Source: Malacoraja senta (lineage: Eukaryota). Taken from it: 34,526 nt of DNA. Made by a program: the position numbers and the translations under genes. Positions 21,696 to 31,455 of the stretch are shown piece by piece. The notes below the pieces were generated by a model. It saw nothing but the letters and a program-made list of their open reading frames with translations. It searched no databases and had not been told where the DNA came from. Location of the stretch: the NCBI GenBank assembly GCA_038087875.1, contig JAXLNO010000377.1, positions 1-34,526 of the forward strand, written 5' to 3'. Positions within the stretch are counted from its first letter, which is position 1. Each line of letters opens with the position of its first letter.

Positions 21696-22435
21696 ATTTA
21701 CATTATCTCTTTGAGCACATGGACCATTTCCAGAATATTGAGTGGAGCTTGTAATTCCAATGACCTTTACATAAGTTAAACAACATCCTGTACTGAACAG
21801 ATGTATTTATGCAGATTTCAGGAATACAGTTAATCATGTTATCTTTATTTTCTCCAACAAGCAACAAACAGACTCTCACTATCAAAGGTTAGTGATGCAT
21901 AAGCATTTGGGAATTATAAATAAGTTATGTAAGAGAACAAATCAATATCATAAGCTAAACAGAATATTTTAAGATCTACCGTAGCTGATTTTTGACAGGT
22001 CTCACCTGTGAATTACATGAAAATGAACCCAATTCTTGAAATATTAAAAAGTTAAAAAACATTAAGCATCATTTACATTATATTTTACATTTATTTTTTT
22101 ATTCGAGTATTGAAACTATCTGTTAATTTCATCCCACTATAATGTCATCTTCACTCGGCCCTTCTTTCACGTACAAAAACAGATCAATTTGATTATGGTC
22201 TGAATACAATTAAAACTGATTAAAGTTAATTTACTCTTATTTTCTGTAACATGTAATGCGAAACATAAAATTATGCAGCAATCATCAAACCTGCAGCTGT
22301 TGTGGTGCTGTAACTTGCACAGGAAAAACATTGCTGCCATCTAGAGTCAGAGATTTGTTCCTCTGGATGTAGTCTCTCCTCTAACAAATAAGCAACAGGG
22401 AATTTCTCAAATTCCAGACTGTAAAAAAAAATCCC

Positions 22436-22735
22436 TCCCCCATCCAAGTCGTGCCAGCTTCAAAGTCGTCTTGTTGAGTCTCATTGTCTGTAACTCAGTT
22501 TCACCTAGCCCACAGCTAACAATGGCTTTTTTCCTTTATCATCGTTACTTTTTTGCATATCTTTCATTCATTTGTTCTATACCTCTCTACATCACCGTCC
22601 ATATCTCTCGTTTTCCTTTCCCCTGAATCTCAGTGTGAAGGAGGGTCTCGATCGGAAACGTCATCTATTCCTTTTCTCCAGAGATGCTGTCTGACCCGCT
22701 GAGTTACTCTTGGTTTTTGTGTCTATCTTCAGATA
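22436..22735 (+). repeat. Penelope-like terminal segment (pyrimidine-rich leader, degenerate hammerhead, arm)
   Basis: CAGTGTGAAGGAGGGTCTCGATCGGAAACGTCATC...CCAGAGATGCTG.CTGACCCGCTGAGTTACTC. Confidence 0.65.
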
Positions 22736-22951
22736 AAACATCGGTCGGGTTCATCAGTATCAAGAGACAAAAATGTGTCAACATTCCGGTTTTATTCTTG
22801 AATATCTGTCACATTTCAACCAGTCAATGAAATAATGCAGTTCATCCAAATTAGTATTAGTTCAAGTTCAAGTTCAAGTGAGTTTATTGTCATGTGTCCC
22901 TGATAGGACAATGAAATTCTTGCTTTGCTTCAGCACAACAGAACATAGTAG

Positions 22952-23088
22952 TCAACTCACAAGTCAAGTCACATTTATTTATATAGCACATTTAAAAAAC
23001 AACTCTCGTTGGCCAAAGTGCTTTACATTTGTTATAAGAATAATATAAACAAACAAACTACATACATATATACATATAGCCCTCGCTC
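22952..23088 (-). mobile_element. L2-clade-like 3' tail inserted in a Rex1-type tail (22855-22951), with AGTAG TSD
   Basis: Minus strand reads TGTAAAGCACTTTGG...GTGCTATATAAATAAATG(TGACT)n; AGTAG at 22947-22951 and 23089-23093. Confidence 0.65.
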
Positions 23089-23137
23089 AGTAGGCATTGA
23101 CTACTATATCAATTATAGTCAATTTTCAGTATACATT

Positions 23138-23187
23138 CTGTAATAAAATATCTCTAATAAAATATCTGTAATAAAATATCTCTAATC
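23138..23187. repeat. 14-bp tandem repeat (TAATAAAATATCTS), about 3.5 copies
   Basis: Read directly from the sequence. Confidence 0.85.
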
Positions 23188-23414
23188 TGAGGACACAGGG
23201 GAATGGGGTAAAGGGGAAAAGATAGATCAGCCATGATTGAATGGCAGAGTAGACTTGATGGGCCGAATGGCCTAAGTCTGCTTCTATAACTTATGAACTT
23301 ATCTCCATTGTTTTTATTTAAATATTTGGAAGTCAGAAGATAGAAGATGTGTTGAGAACTAATTTTGGCAGTTCGCCAGATGCGTTTTATAAACTCATAG
23401 TCAAGAGTTTAAAT

Positions 23415-23855
23415 CACACCTTTTTTCCTTCCCTCTGGCTTTACAGTTCAATCCTCCTCTTCTCCTCGTAACTGACACCTTTTTTTATCTCCTTCTCATC
23501 TCTAGCCATTGTCACTTAGTCCACCCTTCTCCCAATCAAACCCCCATCACTTGTATCCACCTATTACTTGTGTAGGATGGAACTGCAGATGCTGGTTTAC
23601 ACCGAAGATAGACACAAATTGGTGGAGTAACTCAGCGGGACGGGCAGCATCTCTGGAGAGAAGGAATGGGTGATGTTTCGGGTCCAGGCCCTTCTTCAGA
23701 CCAATTACTTGCCAGGCTTTGTCCTCCCTCATCTCCCTTCTCCAGCTTTCTCCCTCCTTCTTCAATCAGTCTTTAGGATGGTCCTGACCCAAAATGTTGC
23801 CTGTCCATTCCTTCCACAGATGCTACCTGACCCGTTGAGTTCCTGCAGCACTGTT
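23415..23855. repeat. Nested Penelope-like segments (minus-strand arm 23570-23702 inside a plus-strand copy)
   Basis: TGTAGGATGGAACTGCAGATGCTGG...GTAACTCAGCGGG...GTTTCGGGTCCAGGCCCTTCTTCAGAC; candidate TSD ATTACTTG at 23563-23570 and 23704-23711. Confidence 0.7.
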
Positions 23856-24209
23856 ATTTGCTCAAGGGACCCAGGCCATCCATGGCCTGCTCCTGGTAAT
23901 ACTAAATTAATCACTAGGAACAGAAACAAAACTGGTTTAGCATTTATCATCTTCATGTCAGCCCATCCATAAGGGACTTCTGGGGGTTGATCGTATTTCT
24001 AAATGAACAGAGAGCTCCAGGCTTGGATTGGGTCTGCTACTGTGAGCTTGTGATCAGTGAGATGTAGAAAATGCACAGAACTGTCGCTGTTTAACAACCT
24101 TCTTCTTGCAAAGACTAAATCATTCACAGCAAAGCAAAGCAAAGCATCTCCATTCCTAAATGATCATTTGAAGGTGCAACTGCAAAGAATACTACAAAAT
24201 AACGTCACC

Positions 24210-24445
24210 AGCACTGTCTGTACGGACTTTTACGTTCTCCCCGTGACCACGCGGGTTTTCTCAGAGATATTCGGTTTCCTCCCACACTTCAAAGACGTAC
24301 AGGCATGTAGGTTAATTGGCTTGGTATAAATGTAAAAAAAATGTCCCCAGTGTGTGTAGGATAGTGTTAATGTGCGGGGTTCACTGGTCAGTTTGGACTC
24401 GGTGGGCCGAAGGGCCTGTTTCCGTGCTGTAGCTCTAGACTAAAA
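24210..24445 (+). mobile_element. HE1-type V-SINE, head missing
   Basis: V-domain and GGGCCGAAGGGCCTGTTTCC tail. Confidence 0.85.
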
Positions 24446-24520
24446 TAATCACACAGCTTTGCCCCTCTCTCCTAAAGCTATGCCCTCTGGTATTTGATAT
24501 TTCCATTCTGGAGAAAAGGT

Positions 24521-24836
24521 TCCCGATGTTGGGGGAGTCCAGAACCAGGGGCCACAGTTTAAAAATAAGGGGTAGGCCATTTAGAACTGGGATGAGGAAC
24601 AACTTTTTCACCCAGAGAGTTGTGAATTTGTGGTATTCTCTGCCTCAGAAGGATGCTTCAAACGAGAGTTAGATAGAGCTCTTAGGGCTAGCGGAATCAA
24701 GGGATATGGGGAGAAGGTAGGAACAGGGTACTGATTGTGGATGATCAGCCATGTTAACTTTGAATGGCGGTGCTGGCTCGAAGGGCCAAATGGCCTACTC
24801 TGGCACCTATTTTCTATGTATCTATGTATCTATGTT
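24521..24836 (+). mobile_element. CR1/HER1-like LINE 3' end nested in an older minus-strand LINE (24460-24950)
   Basis: FPMLGESRTRGHSLKIRGRPFRT.MRN.FFTQRVVNLW; (ATCTATGT)n tail. Confidence 0.88.
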
Positions 24837-25108
24837 CTGACTGTCTACCCAATCTATGCCTCTCATAATTTTATACACTTCCAGCAGGTCTCTGCACAAC
24901 CTCTGGTGTTCCAGAGAAAACAATCCAAGTCTGTCCAACCTCTCCTTGCAGCAATTCAGGCCTCCTGCAAACTCCCTCCACTGAACGTGACTGCTCAGCA
25001 AATTTCTTCTTCCTTTGAAGTATATGTGCTGGCCGTTGTAAGAGGTGATGTTCCTTGCTAAAGCCACATTCATCAGAACTGATTCATGTCTTTCAAAGTT
25101 GCAATTCA

Positions 25109-25501
25109 AGGGCGGCACAGCGGCGTAGCAGTAGAGCTACTGCCTTACAGCGCCAGAGACCCAGGTTCAATCCTGACTATGGGTGCTTGTCTGTACGGAG
25201 TTTGTACGTTCTCCCAGTGACCTTTGTGGGGTTTTTTCTGAGTTAGAGTCAAAGAGTCATAGAGTGATACAGTGTGGAAACAGGCCTTGCGGCCCAACTA
25301 CCCCACAGATCTTCGGTTTCCTCCCACACTCCAAAGATGTACAGGTTTGTAGGTTAATCGGCTTTGTATAAATGTAAAATTGTCTGTAGTGTGTGTAGGG
25401 TAATGTTAATGTGCGGGTATCGATGGTCAGCATGGACTCGGTGGGCTGAAGGGCCTGTTTCGCTCTGTATCTCTAAACTAAACTAAACTAAACTAAACTA
25501 A
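25109..25501 (+). mobile_element. HE1-type V-SINE with an antisense tail fragment inserted at ~25240-25305
   Basis: GGGCGGCACAGCGGCGTAGCAGTAGAG head, GGTTCAATCC, (AAACT)5 tail. Confidence 0.88.
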
Positions 25502-25606
25502 GCTTTCCTGGATGACAGACAAGTATATGCCAGATGAAACCTTCACGTTGTTGGGTTTGGATGTCTGATGATTTGTCTTTAGACATTGCACTAAACCAAA
25601 TGATAA

Positions 25607-25668
25607 TGGTTTAGTGCTGGCTCGAAGGGCCGAATGGCCTCCTCCTGCACCTATTTTCTACGTTTTCT
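25607..25668 (+). mobile_element. Extremely truncated CR1/HER1 tail with ATGATAA TSD
   Basis: GTGCTGGCTCGAAGGGCCGAATGGCCTCCTCCTGCACCTATTTTCTA; ATGATAA at 25600-25606 and 25669-25675. Confidence 0.8.
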
Positions 25669-26330
25669 ATGATAAAGGCACAAAATGACTCCCTTGGCCT
25701 TTTAACTACTATGGGCAGATGCAATAACAGCTCCGATTGTTTCTCACTCGTAAACTGTGTACGTAGAGAGCACTGATAACTGCCCAGGAATATTTCACGT
25801 GACTATACTGAGGAAAAGTCTTCTGAAAGGTCCCGACACAAAACATCTCCTATTCATGGCCTCCAGATATGCTGCCTGATCCACTTATTTACTTCAGCAC
25901 CCTATGTCTTTTTTTTTAATCCCGCGCCTGCAGTTTCTTAGGTCTAAAGGTAGGTCTATGTATCTATGTATCTATCTAATTCTTAATGCAGCTGTTAACA
26001 TTTAGAGTGGATGAAATGATGATGGCTTTGGTGAAATGAGAAGCGGGAACAGTGCTGTAGTTTGTTTAAATATTTCCTTTCGACTTCAGATTTTAGAGAA
26101 ATGGAAACAGTGGGTTTGTCGGTGGAAGGAGAGGGTTGGTGGGATTGGAAGAAAGAATAACTTTCTCAATTTAAGGCTTGCAGGTGTGGACGAAAGGTAC
26201 ATGGCCGCCAGAGAATTTGGTGCCAAAGAGATTCCAGGATGGCAGGAAGCATTTAATACTGGGCTCATTAGCAGTTCTTGCAGCCTTCTAACAGCTGGTA
26301 CAACTCAGTCACTACAAATGAGAGAAATGC

Positions 26331-26620
26331 AGTTTAGTCTAGTTTACTTTAGAGATACAGTGTGGAAACAGGCCCTTCCGTCCACCGAGTTTGTGTCAAC
26401 CAACGATCACCCATACACCGCCAGGGCAGCACAGTGGCGCAACGGTAGAGTTGCTGCTCTACAGCGCCAGAAACCCAGGTTCGATCCTGACTATGGGTGC
26501 TGTCTGGGCAGAGTTTGCACGTTCTCCCTGTGACAGCATGGTTTTCCTCAGGTGCTCTGGTTTCCTACCACATCCCAAAGACGTGCAGGTTTGTTGGCTA
26601 ATTGGCTTCTGTAAATTGTC
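26331..26620. mobile_element. HE1-type SINE tail (-, 26331-26420) abutting a SINE head and body (+, 26424-26620)
   Basis: TTTAGAGATACAGTGTGGAAACAGGCCCTT; GGGCAGCACAGTGGCGCAACGGTAGAG...GGTTCGATCC. Confidence 0.82.
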
Positions 26621-26869
26621 CGCCAGCCAGCATCTCTGCAGGACATGGATAGGTGACGTTTTGGGTCGGGACCCTTCTTCAGTCTCTGAGAGGGATTGAC
26701 AATATAAAGGTTAGGTTAGTATTCCCTGCCCAGAGGTTATTGGGCAACATCACAGAAAACGGAAACACCCATTTAGGACTGAGATAATTAATAATTTCTT
26801 CACTCAGAAGATTGTGGAATCTGCAGCAGAGGGTGATGCAGCTACTTAGATGCTGAGTACATGTTGCAG

Positions 26870-27395
26870 GATGCGGAGGGATGTGCTGGTTCTGGAGAGG
26901 GTCCAGAGGAGATTTACAAGAATGTTCACAGGAATGAGTAGGTTAACCTATGATGTGCGTTTGACGGCACTGGGCCTGTACTCGCTGGAGTTTAGAGGAA
27001 TGAGGGGGGACCTCATTGAAACATACAGAATAGTGAAAGGCTTGGATAGAGAGGATGTGGATAGGATGTTTCCATTAGTGGGAGAGTCTAGGACTAGAGG
27101 TCATGGCCTCAGAATTAAAGGACATTAATTCTGGAAGGAGATGAAGAGGAATTTCTTTAGTCAGAAGGTGCTGAATCTGTGGAATTCTTTGCCGCAGAAG
27201 GCTGTGGAGGCCGTCAGTGGATATTTTTAAGGAAGAGATGTTTAGATTCTTGATTAGTACCGGTGTCAGAGGTGATGGGGAGGAGGCAGGAGAATAGGTT
27301 TAGGAGGGAGAGATAGGTCAGCCATGATTGAATGGCGGAGTAGACTTGATGGGCCGAATGGCCTAATTCTGCTCCTATCACTTATGAGATGACCT
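26870..27395 (+). mobile_element. CR1-like LINE 3' fragment
   Basis: ORF 26850..27128 RDVLVLERVQRRFTRMFTGMSRLTYDVRLTALGLYSLEFRGMRGDLIETY...SRTRGHGLRIKG, followed by the 3'UTR. Confidence 0.9.
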
Positions 27396-27756
27396 ATGTG
27401 TGGCTGGTGGTAGGGTTGTAGGACATCGGGGGTTATCAGGTGGGAAAGTGAAGTTGAGGTTAAGAACCAGCCACAATCCTATTGAACAACAATGCAAGAA
27501 GATACAGTAAGACCCTGCTGCATCTTGTAGTCCATCTGTTCTTAAACTTTCCAGATCTGAAGGTACAAATACCACAATCAGTGGTGGAGGAATGAAAATC
27601 TTTCTCCTGTTAAATTGAATGTGGCATGGGAATTAAATAAAGTACCATAATTATCAGAAAGCATATAACGAACAATGACAGTGTATTAATATGAGAATGG
27701 ATAAAGTATGCAGACACACTCCAATGCAGTATATTCTGTTTATAATATATAGTAGG

Positions 27757-28110
27757 ATCACAGAGTCACAGAGTCATACAGCATTGAAACGGGCCCTTCG
27801 GCCCAACTTGTCCACACCGTCCAACATGTCTCATCTACACTAGTGCCACCTGCCTAAGTTTGGCCCATATCCCACTAAACCTGCCCTATCCATCTGCCTG
27901 TCTAATTGTTTCTAATATCTATGTTTCTTAGATATTGCGATAGTCACTGCCTCACCTACCTCCTCTGGCAGCTCGTTCCATACACCCACCACCCTTTGTT
28001 TGAAAAAGTTACCCCTCAGATTCCTATTCAATCCTTTCCCCTTCACCTTAAACCTATGTCCTCTGGTTCTCGATTCCACTACTCTGGGCAAGTGACTCTG
28101 TGAGTCTATT
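27757..28110 (-). mobile_element. CR1-like LINE 3' end (same subfamily as 21385-21695)
   Basis: (TGACTCTG)n tail, GGGCCGAAGGGCCCGTTTC, TGGAACGAGCTGCCAGAGGAGG on minus. Confidence 0.85.
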
Positions 28111-28924
28111 CCTCAGATAACCAAACCCCTAAATTTTACACACCCCGTGAAAGAGGTAATAATATGTTTGCACATCTTAAAACAGATACTTATAAAAATG
28201 AGGAATTGGAGGGTGAATCTCTTAGGTATTCAAAAAATAATAATATTGTAAGTGATAAGCTGGATTTTAGCATGTTTAATCTATTTTTCTATTCATATGA
28301 GGATTCAGAATTTATTGAGCCGCATTCAAATAGATCATTTTAAAACAGTAGGGATAAACACAGATCACTTTGCACCTTGCATATGGCGTTAGAAAATTAT
28401 TTTTGAATTGCTACTAAAAACCATAGGGCAGCACAAAGCCAAATTAATCTCCCAATATTCAAATAACATAAAATGGATCGCCTGAGTACATAACTCACAA
28501 ATAAAACATTTTGGCTTCAAAATTCAACAGAATTGCATCTCTGGGTGATAAAGGTTCCAATTTGGTTCCAATGTAGCAAATGAAATAGATTTACGGACAT
28601 TTGTAGTGTGACGTGCACTGATTGTTATTTGTGAAAGGTGGCGCTGATTTTGAGTTTTACCAATGGACAATATTATTCCAGCGTTGCCACTGGATCTCAA
28701 CAATGCAACTACACAAAATCAAAAACCTGCAGAAGATGGAATTCTGAAATAAAGAACAAAAGTGCCAGAAACACTCAGAAGGTCAAACAGTGTCTGTGGA
28801 TATGAAAACAGAATTAACTTTACAGATTGAAGACCTTTTATCAGATCTGATATTTCTTTTTTGTAAGGTAGCTAAAGTAATGGTTTCAACATGCCTGGTT
28901 TGAAGCATTTAACAGAAGGAGGCA

Positions 28925-29135
28925 TGTTCATAAGTTCCAGGAGCAGAATAAGGCCATTCGGCCCATCAAGTCTACTGCGCGACTCAATCATAGCTGATCT
29001 ATCTTTCCCTCTCAACCCCATTCCCCTGCCTTCTCCTCGTAACCCCTGACACCCTCACTGATCAAGAATCTGCCAATCTCTGCCTTAAAAATATCCATTG
29101 ACTTGGCCTCCACAGCCATCCGTGGCAATGAATTG
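28925..29135 (-). mobile_element. CR1-like LINE 3' end
   Basis: GGCCATTCGGCCCATCAAGTCTACT...GGCCTCCACAGCC. Confidence 0.82.
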
Positions 29136-29379
29136 CACATCTCCTCCCACCTGCACTATTTAAAGGAAACATCAATTGCTTGCAGGGAGCTGGAATTCTC
29201 TTCAAACATATCATTTGAAGCTCTTCTCCACCTCCCATCATAATACAGGTGAGTCCAAGCAAGATTGGGCCTTTCTAATGACTCAACATAGAATCCATTA
29301 ATAGAACATGATGTTTGTTATGACAGCTAGTTTGGCAATGCAAGAACGAGTTTCAATGACTAATACTTAATATGCCGCA

Positions 29380-29770
29380 GGGGAACACAGTGGCACAACA
29401 TTCGAGTTGCTGCCTTGCAGAGCCAGAGACTCTGGTACAATCTTGTCTATGGGTGTGAAGTTTGTCCCAGTGACCTCGTGGATTTCCTCCTGGTTCGCCA
29501 ATTACCTCCTACACTCCAAAGACGTGCAGGCTTGTGGGCTGATTGGCTTCTGTAAATTCCCCCCCGAGGATAGAACTTGTGTATTGATGATTGTTGGTCG
29601 GTGGGCCGGTCGGTGGAAGATTGGTGCTCGGTGGGCCAAAGGGCCTGTTTCCATGCTGTATCTCTGAAAAAGAGATAGAGGTATAACGTGGAAACAGGCC
29701 CTTTGACCCGTCGAGTCCACACCAGCCATCATTCACACTAAGTCTATGTTATTCCACTTTTGCATCAGAA
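29380..29770. mobile_element. Degenerate HE1-type SINE (+, 29380-29665) and SINE tail (-, 29675-29770)
   Basis: ACAGTGGCACAAC...GAGTTGCTGCCTTGCAG; ACTCCAAAGACGTGCAGG; tails converge. Confidence 0.75.
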
Positions 29771-29928
29771 CCTTAGACTTTAATGTTTTATGTATCATTC
29801 TTAACTGTCACTGTATGTCATGTCACTTGCGGGCAGAGCACCAAGGCAAATTCCTTGTATGTGAATACTTGGCCAATAAACGTATTCATTCATTCAACCA
29901 GAAAGAGTCATCGCCATAAACTGAGGAG

Positions 29929-30251
29929 CATAGAAACATAGAAAAATAGGTGCAGGAGTAGGCCATTCGGCCCTATGAGCCAGCACCGCCATTCAATATG
30001 ATCATGCCTGATCATCAAAAATCAGTACCCCGTTCTTGCGTTTTCCCCATATCCCTTAATTCCTTTAGCCCTAAGAGCTAAATCTAACTCTTTCTTTAAA
30101 ATATTCAGTGAATTGGCCTCCACTGCCTTCTGTGGCAGAGAATTCCACAGATTCACAACTCTCTGGGTGAAGAAGTTTTTCCTCATCTCAGTCCTAAATG
30201 GCCTACCTCTTATTCTTAAACTGTGACCCCTGGTTCTGGACTCCCCCGACA
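29929..30251 (-). mobile_element. CR1/HER1-like LINE 3' end
   Basis: ORF 30022..30303(-) GESRTRGHSLRIRGRPFRTEMRKNFFTQRVVNLWNSLPQKAVEA...GYGENARTGY. Confidence 0.92.
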
Positions 30252-30321
30252 CCTGCCAGACCGTAACTGTAGCTCTATATTTAATTGAAATGGTGTAAAA
30301 CAATACCTTTAGTCATTGAGT

Positions 30322-30375
30322 GGGGTGGGAGGTTGCAACCTTCACGTGGTCCGCCCTGTTTCGACAAATGCAATC
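30322..30375 (+). ncRNA. Predicted minimal HDV-like self-cleaving ribozyme
   Basis: P1 GGGGUGG/CCGCCCU (G1.U wobble), P2 GGUUGCA/UGCAAUC, P3 ACC/GGU, L3 UUCACGU, P1.1 C-G, minimal P4 U(UUCG)A, J4/2 C-AAA. Confidence 0.82.
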
Positions 30376-30460
30376 AACCTGGCGTGCACAATCAAATAAG
30401 GTCAAATAGAACAAGTTGTCCGACAACTTTAGGCTGTGCACGCCATACACAAGAAGAAGA
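30322..30460 (+). mobile_element. ~140-nt ribozyme-headed short retroposon, copy 1
   Basis: TSD AGTCATTGAGT at 30311-30321 and 30461-30471; (AAG)n tail; second copy at 30626-30761 has an identical 5' end. Confidence 0.9.
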
Positions 30461-30625
30461 AGTCATTGAGTCATACAGCGTGGAAAAACCCCAACTAGCC
30501 TACGCTGACCAACATGCCCCATCTAAATTAATCCCATCTGTCTGCTTTTGGCCCATATCCCTCTAAACTTACCCTATCCATGTACCTGTCAAAATGTTTC
30601 TTAAACGTTTCTATTGTATCTGCCT

Positions 30626-30761
30626 TCTTCTTGCGTATCGCATGCACAGCCTAAAGTTGGAGGACAACTTGTTCTATTTCACCTTATTTGATTGTGCACG
30701 CCAGGTTGATTGCATTCGTCGAAACAGAGCGGACCACGTGAAGGTTGCAATCTCCCACCCC
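30626..30761 (-). mobile_element. ~140-nt ribozyme-headed short retroposon, copy 2
   Basis: TSD GTATCTGCCT at 30616-30625 and 30762-30771; (AAG)n tail on minus. Confidence 0.9.
30708..30761 (-). ncRNA. Predicted minimal HDV-like self-cleaving ribozyme
   Basis: Minus strand reads GGGGUGG GA GAUUGCA ACC UUCACGU GGU CCGCUCU G U UUCG A C GAA UGCAAUC; all helices pair and J4/2 is CGAA as in genomic HDV. Confidence 0.85.
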
Positions 30762-31267
30762 GTATCTGCCTCAACTACCTCCTCTGGCAGCTTGAGTACA
30801 CCTCTTTAAGGTCACCCCTTCATCCTTCTGCGCTCCAAGGAATAGAGTCCGAACCTGCCCCCACTTCTCCCTATATACGTAGCTCAGTCCCTCGAGTCCT
30901 GGCAACATCCTGCAAAATCTTCTCTGAACCCTTTCAAGCTTGATAACATCAGCTTCAGAGAGTTAGTCCTCCCACTTCTCCCTATGGAAACAAAGGTGGT
31001 GTACCTGGCTGCGTTACAATTAAATCATCATGAGAAAAAAAAAAATCTGCTGTTCTGCACTGGTGGTTGGATGCCAGCTGAATATAGAGAGGATCAAATT
31101 CCTTTTCGCTGACAGAGACACAGCTCTTTGTACAGTGCCAAGTAACAAGGTGCCTGTAACCAATGGCACTGGGAAAGTGAAGAAATCTGGAGAATTATGA
31201 TGCCCCCTGATACTGTTACTGTTGGCAAACATTATAACATATTGGCCCTGATATATAGTCTTTACAT

Positions 31268-31455
31268 CTTAGACTTTAGAGATACAGCGTGGAAACAGGC
31301 CCTTCGGCCCACCCAGTCCACGTCGACCAGCAATCACTCCGCACCCTAACCTACACACAGTAGGGACAATTCGACAACTGACCGAAGCCAACTAACCTAC
31401 AAACCTGTACGTCTTTGGATTGTAGGAGGAAACCGGAGCAGCCGGAGAAAACTTA
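31268..31455 (-). mobile_element. HE1-type V-SINE 3' half
   Basis: TTTAGAGATACAGCGTGGAAACAGGCCCTTCGGCCCACC...AACCTACAAACCTGTACGTCTTTGG. Confidence 0.85.

Larger units (their letters stand above)
30461..30945 (-). mobile_element. Old CR1-like LINE 3' end hosting the ribozyme retroposons
   Basis: GAGTCATACAGCGTGGAAA...TTTGGCCCATATCCCTCTAAAC...GTATCTGCCTCAACTACCTCCTCTGGCAGC; homologous to 27757-28110. Confidence 0.8.

Noticed and set aside
26036..26533. 165-aa ORF
   Set aside because: It runs from unique sequence through two SINE fragments, with no recognisable homology.
30322..30761. A single TIR DNA transposon with 140-bp inverted termini
   Set aside because: Each arm has its own TSD and (AAG)n tail, and the spacer is continuous host LINE, so these are two retroposon insertions.
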